Assembly (NCBI RefSeq): GCF_964204645.1
Contig: NC_134026.1
Location: 16,154,150 to 16,218,149, forward strand
Reading direction: 5' to 3'
From: Tubulanus polymorphus
Taxonomy: Eukaryota > Animalia > Nemertea
Length of the DNA stretch: 64,000 nucleotides
Below the pieces are notes generated by a model, which had not been told where the DNA came from, ran no database searches, and saw nothing but the letters and a program-made list of their open reading frames with translations. This document shows positions 52,609 through 64,000 of the stretch, piece by piece. The translations under genes and the position numbers were made by a program. The stretch's first letter is position 1. Every line of letters starts with the position of its first letter.

Positions 52609-52740
52609 TGTCATTTAGAATAACTTGTTTATGTTATTCTGTATGAATTACGCATATGTCTTGTATGTTGTAATTTGTACTTTTATTGAAGTTGGGAATT
52701 TTATATGTAATAAGGATCAATAAAGAATTGAATTGAATTG
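52609..52740 (+). mobile_element. Short LINE/SINE 3' tail
   Basis: T-rich UTR-like tract, AATAAA, then (GAATT)3, with TGTCA on both sides. Confidence 0.45.
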
Positions 52741-53868
52741 TCACCTAATACACATGCCATCAGAGGACGCGGAGCTGTATGCGACAGCTTTGCTATTATA
52801 AATTGCTATTCTCATGAAACCTGCATACCCCTAATATCGAACATATTTTCTAAAACATTTGGATATTGAAATTATATGTTTACACATTTTTATATTGACC
52901 GCTAGTAGCCGCCAATGAAATTCAAGCCGGCCCTACTCAGATCGTAGATAGCTTCGTCATTCCAGCAGCATCCCCATGTCAGGGTCTTACTTTTATATCA
53001 GACTTCCAAATCGTGTATACATCCGCCATTTTGACCGAATAATCCGAATTACTTATTATTTCTATTTATGCCTGCCGCTTCTGATATAATCATACATCCT
53101 TTTCTATTACAACACGTCTTCTTATGATATTCAATGTAATATAACATTTCGACGTTCAAATAGAGCTCATTATATAATCACAGGAAGACATTCTACATCT
53201 TTGTCAATAATATTTTGCCAAATACCTTGTATATGTACACATAGACCTGTGACGTTTTTGCACATCGATTTACGGTTGTCGTTCGTAAAATGATGCTGAA
53301 TAGATATCATTGTTTAGGTTTCATAATGGTAACGTTTTAGAAGGCGTCAAAAAATTTTTACACCGTATCAACAGGAGTTTTAGATTATGTGTTCATACTG
53401 AGCAAACATTTTTATAGGACAATGCTCTTAAGAAAAGCCAGGAATTCCTAAATTCATCTTGTCACTGTGGTTTTCGTTATAAGCCAAATTGTACTAACGA
53501 GGTTCGACTGTAGATAATGATAGAATATGTGAAAAATGAATTGATCTGGATTATTATTGCAATATTCGTTCATGCAGTATTCGTCTGTGTTATTTTTAAA
53601 ATATCACTGTAGCGTGTAATGAATTACATTGAAGCGGATGTATCAAGATTGTCATAGACTGGGATTTTAGTTATCTTTTTGTGTACAAATGAGGTTAAGG
53701 ATGAAATATCTTCTCTAAACCTGATAATTCAGTTTCCAGCCTAGATTGAACTCTTATGATGTCATTAACTGCTCTTAAGCCGATACCCTATATGAATTTT
53801 GTTCCCTTAAAAGTGTGTGTGCCTCATGTAATTACTTTTCAGTTAGAAAGCAATTTTATTTTTTACAG

Positions 53869-53923
53869 AAGGAAATTAGTGCCTTTACAAACAAAGATTG
53901 AACGTCGTGAAAGGCGAAGAGAA
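53869..53923 (+). CDS. MAK16: MAK16 exon 6 (RKLVPLQTKIERRERRRE)
   Basis: TTACAG acceptor, GTATGT donor, phase consistent. Confidence 0.95.
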
Positions 53924-54013
53924 GTATGTTCTTTTTGTGGATGTTGTAGTATTTCTTCAATTTTATATCAAGCTATTTTTGTCATTTCGGATTGTACTTA
54001 TTTTGTGTTTTAG

Positions 54014-54088
54014 CAAAAGGCCTTAGTAGCTGCACAATTAGAGACAGCAATTGAAAAAGAGTTATTGGAGCGATTAAAGCAAGGAACG
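54014..54088 (+). CDS. MAK16: MAK16 exon 7 (QKALVAAQLETAIEKELLERLKQGT)
   Basis: TTTTAG acceptor, GTAAGA donor, AIEKELLERLK motif. Confidence 0.97.
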
Positions 54089-54784
54089 GTAAGACCAATG
54101 ATGTTATGTAGGAAAATATGCTTGTGCTTATCCAGTTGTTTCAAATTCACCTAGACGCATCTGCATTATGGTTGCCCGTATCATAAGCTATTTGGTTCGT
54201 TCCACTATATCCGTTTTTGTGCAGCATACGAAAAAAGTGTCAGGGGGCAGCTTGAGGAGTTATACAACGAGCCTGAACGCAAATGGGTTGAAATAAAAAA
54301 GTAGAAATAAACTCATATTTTCATAATCTCCAAGGTGACGAGGGCAGGAGGTTTTTCTCTTTTAAGCCAAAAATTATTCACTGAATAATACTTTAATGAG
54401 ACGAGGGAGGGAGTTTCGATCCATAGGAGGTTAAGTGGACAACAAACCAAGAAATGTTCGGTTTGCTTATTATCTTTATCGAAAACATCTTAACTACAAA
54501 ATTTCAAACAATTTCAGTACAAAATGGTATATAACCTCCAGGGACACATGCCCATTCATTTTGTGAAGGGCAATTCAAAGTTTATTTCTATACACTTATT
54601 CTTGGTATGTCTGTCTGTCTGTCGATGTGTGTGTCTATCACACATCTGTTTTTCAGTTACTTAACTTTCCTGATTTTTAACTGGTGGCCAATTATTCACT
54701 CTGGTTTCAATGGATTTAATCTTGAATTTGGATGTCAGTATCGTGTTGATATCTAGTTAATGCATATATGTTGTTTGATTATAG

Positions 54785-54907
54785 TATGAGGACATTTACA
54801 ACTTTCCACAAACTGCATTTGACAAAGCCATCCAGGAGGAAGAGCTTGATTCTGAAAGTGAAGCAGAACTTGGAGAGGTAGAGGATCTTCAGGAAGAGGA
54901 TGAGGAG
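54785..54907 (+). CDS. MAK16: MAK16 exon 8 (YEDIYNFPQTAFDKAIQEEELDSESEAELGEVEDLQEEDEE); gene continues beyond the window
   Basis: TATAG acceptor, DIYNFP..AFDKA motif, then acidic tract. The GTTTGT donor position is less certain. Confidence 0.9.
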
Positions 54908-56591
54908 GTTTGTGTGTCCTTTTGACTTACATCAGCGTCCCTATGCTCGCACACCTAATATCTTTCTGAAAACTTATCAGAACTAAGAGGCAGAACCAAA
55001 AGTTGAGTGGCATATGCCCCTCATTAATCTTGTTTTTTCCTACCTTCCTTGATACTTGTGACCACAGCAGTTGCGTGTATTATCCCGGCATGCCTTTAAT
55101 TTTGGTTTACCTTTGTCAGCAGTATGAGGTTGGCACTGAGCCAATTCATGTAAAATTGGGGCCGTTTTTTTATGTTAGCATTTTTTTATTGGTTCTCGGG
55201 TTAAACGACGTATAATCGATGCGATTGAAGACATGATGAAGCTCCGTCGATGACATAGTCAACTTTGTTTCAATTCAACGAAAAACTGTTTTTGGCGGAA
55301 AAATTCTTAGCTCTTGCGTATAAAATTGCAATGACCTCAATGGGGGGCGTCGTCTCTACGAGCGAATGTGATGTGCTGTTTTGGGGATATAAAGGGAATT
55401 CCGGCGCTACTAGAATAATTAGGCTATGGGAAAGCCATTAATGGCGAACGTTTTGCAAATTTTAAATGCTCATTGCTGGTGAGAATATAATCATTTCACA
55501 TATCGCCATAGGTAATGTTTCATTTTAATACCTGGTGATTGTGTTGACTGAGATTGAAGTGAGGCGAACGTTCACTACACAAGGCCTCCACGTGTGCGGG
55601 GATCGGGAGTGCTAAACATTAGACTGTTGCACACACAAACACACGCTCATACAGACTGCTAACTATATGGTGATGCTGTAACGCTACTTGGCGCCTGCAC
55701 GTTTGGTATGATAACAGGCTGAATAATCGTCGTAGCAGAAGATGAGTGCTGTGTTTTCTGTTTGATAGAATTTGTAATAAATTGTAATTTCTTGTGACCT
55801 GAAAATTCTAAGCAGCAAACTGTATAGGTCGAGGTCTGAATATTGTAGTGGTAAATTCCAGGATTTAAAACGATCTAATACTACGCCCCGGTGTTTTAGC
55901 TTCCACGGCCATACATTGGAAGAGGTTCCGTTTCCAAGACTCAATATTCAGCCACCCTCTGATATGTGACATCATATGAATTTTATTTGAATATTTTATC
56001 ATATTGTGAAAAATATTTTTTGAAAATATAAAGTAGTTTCCCTGCCGTGCCTACCTGTACCCTACAAAATTTTGGATGTAGACCAAAAACAAATGTTTAT
56101 CTTTGGTCTTATCTTTGAATACAAAATAATTCTTTAAGAAAGATAAAATACAATATAAACTTCTAGAACTTTGAAGTCACAAAGTAAAAAGTTTTTCCAA
56201 GCAATGCCCTTACTCCAAACAACCTCAAGCTTTCAAGGTAAACCACACTTTGCCCATGGGCAATTTATTCTAAATTGATTGTTCATTTAACTTGAAACAT
56301 CATCATTGTTTATTATAACTAATGCATCTTTGTATATGATTATTGTGAAGACTGACAAAACCATGAATATCTGGATTATTGACTTCAGAATGTCCACCCT
56401 TGCTCTGATTGCGCTTTAGGTGGGGCCCAGTATGTTGTATGAATGTGTCCATTAGTGTTTTTGGAGAATTATCATCTGGGCAATTCAGTACACAAGGTCA
56501 TTTTGTATGGCATCACTCTAGACAAATATGATTGTGGAGAAACCTTTCTGCAGGGGGAATTTTCATTCAGGCAATGCGAAAATGTGATTTT

Positions 56592-57851
56592 TAGCCCACT
56601 TGGGACTTAAGTCCCAGCGGGTTATTGCGTTCACTTTTCGTCCGTCCGTCCGTCCGTAGACGGAATCCAGTTATTTTGGGAAGTTTTGAAGACGCTTCAA
56701 GGTAACATCTTGATATTTGGGTTACAGATGTATCTACCCTAGACACATCTTCAGCCCAAAAACTGGCCCTGTCAGAATCAAGATGGCCGACTAGCAGCCA
56801 TTGTTGTTCGCCAAAATCAGCACTTTTTACACATTTTTGAACTTTGTGAGGGAAATTTTGAAGATGCTTTGATCAATTAGCTTGATCTTTCGGATATATG
56901 TGAATCCCCCAGGGCCCATTAACATAACAAAAATTGGGTCGGTCGGACTCACGATGGCTGTCCTATGACCTTTTTAGTGCCCAAAAATGTTAATTTTGGC
57001 CCGAATTCTGAGTCCTGTAGCTTCCTACTGGTTTGCCATTTCTCATTGCAATTTGTGATGGGTATTCTTTGGAAAGGGATGTTTTATACCTGAGACAGGT
57101 ATTTTTCATCAGCCAATTATGACGCAATTGGCGGCCATCTTTTTGTCACCAGTACTCATTCGTAAGTGGGAAAAAGTTTTTCCACATTATATTGATACCT
57201 AAGCGTATTTTGATACCACAATCAATTAGAAAGTTGTAGCTCATAACGTGTTCTATGATAATGGTGAGTTTTAAGGACATTAGTTTTTCTATATGGTCAC
57301 CAGGGGGTGTTGAATAATACAATATCTTAGCATTCCTTTATTATATTCGTACCTATGCATATTTTGTAACCACAATCAATTGCAAAGTTGTAGCTCATGA
57401 CATCATCTATGATTGTTGCGAGTTTTAAGGACATTAGTTTTTCTATATGGTTACCAGGGGGCGTTGAATAGTAGAATAACTTAGTATTTCCTTATTATAT
57501 TGGTACCTAGGCATATTTTGTTACCATGATCAATTGCAAAGTTGTAGTTCATGACATGTTCTATGATTGTGGTGAGTTTCGAGGTCATTTGGTTTTGAAT
57601 AAAGTCACCAGGGGGCGTTGAATAGTAGAATGACTTAGTATTGCCATATTAAATTGGTAACGAGGCATATTTTGTCATCACAATCAATTACAAAATCGTA
57701 GCTGCTGACATGTTCTATGATTGTGGTGAGTTTCAAGGTCGTTGGTTTTTGTAAATGGTCACCAGGGCGGGCGTTGAATATTGAAATTGTTAGATTGTTG
57801 AGCATTTGAAACCACTTCCCAAGTGGGCATGGTGTCCCTGGACCCCTAGTT
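56592..57851 (+). mobile_element. HINE/DINE-1-like element, best-preserved copy
   Basis: 16-bp palindrome TGGGACTTAAGTCCCA, (CGTC)n, four ~154-bp repeats, and 3' CCCAAGTGGGCATGGTGTCCCTGGACCCCTAGTT. Confidence 0.8.
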
Positions 57852-59196
57852 GTTGTATCAGTTTTACTTATGTTGGATTGGGGTATCATGCATGTATTTT
57901 CTATCAACTGTCCATATGGGTGAATATGGGGTTAGGGTTTGCTATATCTAGATAACTACATAAATTCGTTGGAGGTATTTTGTAGGACACATCATCGTCA
58001 TGGGTGGGGTGTTTCATGTTGATGTGACATTTTCATATTACATGTACTATACAAATGGAGCGATTTTATGACATGGTTTCCAGAGGAAAGGCTCTTTGAC
58101 TGTGCAACTGAGCATATGAGCATATATTCATACAAATCATTCATTAGAGCATTATCCATTCTCCAAATCCAAGGGAGCTGAATTTTCAAAAAAGGCCTCG
58201 TTAAAATCTATATGAGCTTTTTCGCGAAAATCTGAACGCAAAAATATCGGTTCTTAAAGGCCAATCAGAAAGCAAAGACTCCTCTATGATTGGCTTAGCG
58301 TCAGAAATCAGCAGGTGTTCACGTGAACCAGCGGTATTGTCAACGGTTTTACTTCCCTATTATATTTCAAGATTTAAAATTGTATTTCAAGATCGATTTG
58401 TGGGAAATCTTTAGTTGATTTAGTTTTTGGGAACAATATTTTTATTTGAACTACAGAAAATGTCATCGACAATTGTGCAAAGTCTGGTAAAAATAGCTTT
58501 TTCTCAAATCGGATGGAATGCAGGTAACTCAGTACGGTACAGTACTTTTGACTGCCAATCATTGAATTGAGTGTTTATATTGAAATTGTGTTTGGCAGAG
58601 TTGACACACATATTGCAGTGCTAATTAATTTAAAATTGAAAAGAGTATTAGGTAAGCATAAGCCTGTAAAAAGTATACCTATTAGTATCATGGACAGAGT
58701 ACCTGTGTATAATGCGAGTGTGCATTGGAATAGTGCTAGATTTATCGGCAGCATTCAATACAGTCCACGATGTATTGATAAATCGACTGCATGATGGTAT
58801 AGGTTTGGAAGGATCCCCCATTAATTGATTTTACTTGTATTTAGAAAATAGGGCTCAATTTGTTTACATACGTCTTAATGTTATTTACATACGGCAAAAT
58901 GTCTTGTCCTACTGGTCTGCAAACTGGCTCTGTCTTATGGCCCTTGTTGTTTTCTGTCTATATGAATCATTTGCTAGTATGGGATCTGCAATTCCTTTTT
59001 TGCTGATGACAGCCAGCTTTACGTATGTTTTCATACTTCTGATAGTGAAGATGCAGTTTTTATGCCACTTGGGGTGTTAGATATGTGGACTTGGGCTTTT
59101 TGGGGTTAGAAAAATTGACGTGACAGCGATGTGATACCGAGCTCGGTTGCGCGTGTGCGTGGATGGCGTGTTTAGGAATTAGTCTTTTACAATGCG

Positions 59197-62100
59197 TGTA
59201 AAAATCCGCCGCTGTTGGATAAAGCGACAGATTACCAATCGTGGAAAGATGAGATTGAGATATGGAAACTAGTTACGGATTTAGATGTCAAAAAGCAGGC
59301 TTTAGCAGTGACGTTGACATTACGAGGACAAGCGAGGGCTGCTGCTCTTGAGCTATCAACGGCATCGTTGAATGCTGACGATGGAATGAAATCTTTGCTT
59401 ACAAAATTGGATAGTGTTTTTAAGACTGATGACACGGATATTGCATACTCAATATACACAGCTTTTGAGAAATTTAAACGGACTGAAGGTATGTCAATTA
59501 ATGATTATATAATCGAATTTTAAAGGCTCAACAACCGGTGTGTTAAACGCAACATGCAGTTACCGGAAGCTGTGTTGGCATTTAAAATCTTGGATGGAGC
59601 TGGATTACAACAAAAAGAGAAGCAGCTTGCTCTCACAGCTTCACCTACCCTCACATTAGCAAGTATAAAATCTGCTCTCAAGCGGATATTTGGAGAGGCA
59701 AAAGTCAAACAGTCTACTGATGACAATTATGATGAATTTCAACGTTATGGTACTGATGTGAAGTTCAAAGGTGAAGAACATGATACATTGTATGCAAATC
59801 AGGAAAATCGTGGTGCTCAACATAGATCTGGATTTGGCTCACGGGGCCGTGCAGGCTTTCAGACTAGACGCTCTAGTGTAACTCGCACGAATGTGCCGAG
59901 GGGCACGAATCCCATAGATAGATCTGGACGGAGAACTAGATGTGCTGTTTGTGGCAGTACTTTTCCCTGGGCTAAGAACTGTCCGCATAAGGCAGATGAA
60001 GTGCATGCTATGCAACATGAAGAGGTTTCTGATGAGGTTGTCCTTTTCGCGAAGAGCTCTGGACAAGACAACACAATTTTCATGACAGAGGCTCTGGGTG
60101 CCGCTGTTATTGATACTGGATGTACTAGAACTGTGTGCGGTAAGAAGTGGCTCCATGATTATGTTGACTCATTATCACCTTCCGAAAGGGATAAGATTGT
60201 CGTCACATCTTCTAACAGGTTTTTCCGTTTTGGTGACGGTAGGAAAGTACTTTCGTCTGAGAATGTTATACCTGCAAACTTTGATGGTCATACGTGCCGT
60301 TTATCTACAGACGTCGTTGATGTAGATCTTCCTCTGCTCCTTAGCAAAGCGTCATTAAAAAAAGCAGATGCCATAATAAATGTAGGTAATGATGAAGTCC
60401 ATATGTTCGGGAGGAATATCAAATTGGAGCAAACTTCTATGGGACATTACTGTGTTAATATCTGTAGTGATAGATATTATAACGATGATTTTTGTAGTGA
60501 AGCGGTATTGATCCTTCAGACTCCTGACGATGTGAAGAGTAAAGAGAGGGCTATGTTAAAACTCCATCGTCAATTTGGACATGCTTCTTTAGAAAAGTTG
60601 AAAAATCTTCTAGAGAAAGCAGGAATCAGTGATGCAGAAACTCGTCAAGCTCTAGAAAGAGTCGTTACTCAGTGTCATTTATGTGAAAAGTACAAGAGAA
60701 CATTAAGTTGTCCAACTGTCTCGCTACCCATGGCCTCAGATTGGAATGAGACAGTTGCAGTAGATCTACATCAGTTAGGAGAATCATTATGGTATCTTCA
60801 TATCATTGATCTCTACACGCGATACAGTGCGGGTGCTATTTTAAAGTCTAAAAGAGCGCATGATGTTATGGATGAATTCATTAAGCACTGGATTAGCGTT
60901 TTCGGCCCACCAAAAAGATTGTTCAGTGACAATGGTGGTGAGTTTATGAATGAAGAAATGATTGAAATGGGAGGACAGTTTGGCATCGAAATATTGACTA
61001 CGGCAGCGTATAGTCCGTGGAGTAACGGAATTTGTGAAAGGCACAATAGGACACTAACTGAAATTGTTACAAAAATCAAGGACAATAGAGATTGTGACTG
61101 GGAGACAGCTTTAGCTTGGGCTCTAATGGCGAAGAATACACTCAGTAATATTCATGGGTATAGTGCACATCAACTAGTTTTCGGCCGTAATCCCAACTTA
61201 CCATCAGTCTTATGTGACAAACTGCCTGCATTAGAAGGAAGTACCACAGCTAATGGTATTGCAAAACACATCTGAGAAGATAAGAAGGGCCCTTCGAAAA
61301 CAGGTTCGAACTCACAATGATGAAATTTATAGAAGTGGTGACAAGGTGTTCTATAAAAGGCCCGACCAGTCAACATGGAAAGGACCTGCTCAAGGACCTG
61401 CTTATCAACAACAAGATAAGTTTGCCGTAAGAAATGAAACCGAACTGGCAGTTGTACAGTCAAAAAATGGCAGTGATGACGAGAAAATCAACAACGAACA
61501 GGATTCCAGTGATAACGAGAAAGTTGACAGCGCATCTACTGGGACTGCGGCGCGACTTGAAGAAATAGTTGTTGATAATATGTTATCTGAGAACCAGACT
61601 TTGCCCAACACGGTCGGAAATGTGAACAGTTCTGATGACGCTTTGAATCAGGGAGTGGTTGATAATGAGAAGCCAACCTTAAAAAAGGGTCAGCAGATTA
61701 AATTTGAAGTAAATCGAAACACACAGGTAGGGACCATCATAGGCAGAGCTGGAAAGAAAACTGGACAATATAAAGACTGGTACAATATTGCAACAGTAAA
61801 TTCAGATGGCGAGAGATATCAGAGTTCAGTGGATATAAATCAGTTAGATAATCTTCAAGTTCTCGAACCAACGATTGGCGATGCCGATGTATTAGTAGCG
61901 CAATTTGGGATTTTTGACCAAGCTAAAGAAGCAGAGCTAAAAAGCTGGAAAGACCATGGAGTGTACAAAAGAGTCAGAGATAGTGGTCAGCGTGCCGTAT
62001 CTACCAGATGGATCTGTAATATGAAAGAAAAAGAGGGTGTTCTGGTACCTAAAGCTAGACTGGTAGCGAGAGGGTTCGAAGAAAAAGAACTGTCTGCTGA

Positions 62101-63382
62101 AAGAGATTCACCTACATGTTCCAGTGAGTCGCAGAAAATAGTGCTAACTATCCTTGCTAAAAAAAATGGCTGCCCAAGTCAATGGACATTAAAAGTGCTT
62201 TTCTCCACGGAGACAACTTTGACAGACAAGTCTTTTTGGTACCCCCTAAAGAAGCCTGTGAAAATGGTTATCTATGGCAGTTAAAAAAATGCGTTTATGG
62301 TCTCTAGTGATGCTTCTCTGTGTTGGTACAAGAAGGTAAAATCCACCTTGTCTGGTATGGGAGCAAGGATATGTCAATATGACCCAGCTGTTTTCTACTG
62401 GCTTGATGAGAATGGTCTACTTACTGGCATACTATTATGTCATGTTGATGATTTTCTGTGGGGAGGTGATGAATCATTTGAAAAAACTGTTATCTGCAAG
62501 ATTCGAGAGAAATTTATCGTTGGAAGGGAAGATGTACAGGCTTTCAGATATGTTGGTATGCATCTAAACATATCGCAAGATGTCACGACTCTCGATCAGG
62601 ATTTCTATAAGCAAAATTTAGAATTCGTAAAAATTAGTAGTGTCCGGGCACAAAACCAAAGTGATTGTCTTACTGAAAATGAGAAGACAGCGATGAGAAA
62701 AAAAGTAGGTCAGCTTCTGTGGCTTGGCCGTCAAACAAGACCAGATTTAATATTCGATGTCTGCCAGCTTGCATCCTCAATAAAGAAAGGAAAAGTTGGA
62801 TTTATTTTGGCGTTGAATAAAGTGATTAAAAGAGCTAAAGCTGAAAATGTCAGTATACAATTTCAGTATCTGAAGAATCCTAGAATGTTGGTTTATTGTG
62901 ATGCATCATTAGGGAATTTATCTGATGGCGGTACTCAAGGTGGCTATTTTATTTGTTTCGTTGGTGAGGATGGAAATATGTCACCAATATGTTGGAGCTC
63001 AAAGAAGGTCAGTAGGGTTGTGCGAAGTACCCTTGCGGGTGAGACATTAGCTTTAGCGGATGCGGTTAATGCCGCCTTACCTTTATGCTTGATGTACACT
63101 GAGCTTATGTTTGGCAGAAAGGAGTTTGGTTTAGTTGATGTGATATGCCTCACTGATAGTAAATCGCTGTGTGAAGCAGTCGTTTCCAACAAAGCAGTCA
63201 CTGAGAAACGTCTCAGAATCGATATAGCTGCTATAAAAGAAGTTATTGAAAATGGTGCGCTGAAAGAGCTGCGTTGGATCGACTCGAATAAACAACTAGC
63301 TGATTGCCTTACAAAAAAAGGTGCGTCAGCTGCGGGTCTGTTGCAGGCTTTGGAGTCTGGAACTATTCAGTGGACGCTATAA
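59197..63382 (+). pseudogene. copia gag-pol polyprotein (stop at 59521, at least two frameshifts)
   Basis: KNPPL..YQSWKDEIEIW gag start, knuckle CAVCGSTFPWAKNC, protease IDTGC, integrase HRQFGH..C..C / VAVDL / SDNGGEF / GICER, RT KARLVARGF and HVDD, RNase H YCDAS / TDSKS / LADCLTK. Confidence 0.9.
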
Positions 63383-63414
63383 ACATTGTTGATGCCATGT
63401 AAATAGATAAGCCA

Positions 63415-63566
63415 TGACTTATCAATTTTTGTAATTCCTCAGTAGAAAAGTGTTCTACTCCGTTAGAAAGTTACGACTTGTAATTCTTCAGTAGAAAAGT
63501 GTTGTTCTACTCCGTTAGAAAGTTACGACTTGTAATTCTTCAGTGGAAAAGCGTTCTGCTCCGTTA
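63415..63566. repeat. ~50-bp tandem repeat (~3 copies) in the copia 3' UTR
   Basis: TGTAATTC(C/T)TCAGT(A/G)GAAAAG..TTCT(A/G)CTCCGTTA repeated. Confidence 0.85.
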
Positions 63567-63930
63567 AAAAGAAAGATAGATGAGATTGTTAGATATGTGG
63601 ACTTGGGCTTTTTGGGGTTAGAAAAATTGACGTGACAGAGATGTGATACCGAGCTCGGTTGTGCGTGTGCGTGGATGGTGTGTTTAGGAATTAGTCTTTT
63701 ACAATGCGTGTAAGAGGCCTTACTGGAAATTAAGGTGATTATCATGGGGTTCCAGCGGACTATTTTGTTCACATTTCGTGGTTTTATGCTGCAAATTGAT
63801 ATACACCTGCATTAGTTTGGATGGGAATTCGAAAAAAATTTGCTGTACATAAGGCATAACCTTAACAAGAGAAATCCCACAATAAGTTCAGCCAAAACGA
63901 GAAACTTAAATAGAAGAGTTATATATATTT

Positions 63931-63972
63931 GCGCAACGTTTCGGCTAAAGACTATTAGCCATCATCAGGCGT
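63931..63972 (-). ncRNA. Minimal type I hammerhead ribozyme motif in a Penelope-like pLTR fragment (63863-64000)
   Basis: Minus strand CGC-CUGAUGA-U-GGCUAA-uagucu-UUAGCC-GAAA-C-GUU-GCG: conserved core, 6-bp stem II, 3-bp stem I, palindromic AACGUU stem III. Confidence 0.65.
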
Positions 63973-64000
63973 ACTGAGTACAGGAGAATATTACAAGATC

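Larger units (their letters stand above)
59075..63744 (+). mobile_element. Ty1/copia LTR retrotransposon (GalEa-like), inactivated
   Basis: TGGGG TSD at 59070-59074 and 63745-63749. 3' LTR 63587-63744 (158 bp, TG...CA), truncated 5' LTR 59075-59201, purine tract before the 3' LTR. Domain order gag-PR-INT-RT-RH. Confidence 0.92.

Noticed and set aside
55113-55215. QYEVGTEP as the MAK16 C-terminal exon
   Set aside because: The resemblance to EYEQETEP is only a few residues, it lacks the conserved VEIEYE, and it continues into an unrelated hydrophobic tail.
57998-58330. Possible transposon-associated protein fragment and MITE end
   Set aside because: Similarity is too weak to name and no partner terminus was found.
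21580-63201. Numerous 60-160-aa ORFs antisense to transposase, RT and pol frames (e.g. 21580..22074, 32157..32621, 37516..37788, 59839..60156)
   Set aside because: They are shadow ORFs of real coding relics with no independent motifs.

Overview
AT-rich, intron-containing animal (invertebrate-type) genomic DNA, not prokaryotic. The only host gene I can support is a MAK16 (60S ribosome biogenesis) homolog on +. It has eight GT-AG coding exons from ATG 38705 to 54907 (642 nt, 214 codons), and its 3' end is not in the window. Upstream (about 14-38.5 kb) lies a deeply nested transposon stack: pogo-like relics, a possible Maverick/Polinton-like AT-rich end, and a long-TIR GG-ended element (8-bp TSD, Merlin-like) whose two ends now point the same way. 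The stack also holds a SWIM-Ulp1-PHD gene relic split by a hAT element and a solo LTR, a 2.8-kb modular hairpin satellite, and two head-to-tail RTE-X-like LINEs. The MAK16 introns hold foldback MITEs, Harbinger-derived MITEs, several Helentron-associated (HINE/DINE-1-like) elements whose ~154-bp internal repeats each carry a CTCF-like motif, Penelope-type hammerhead ribozyme motifs and a decayed Ty1/copia element. All family assignments come from motif recognition by eye, not database searches.
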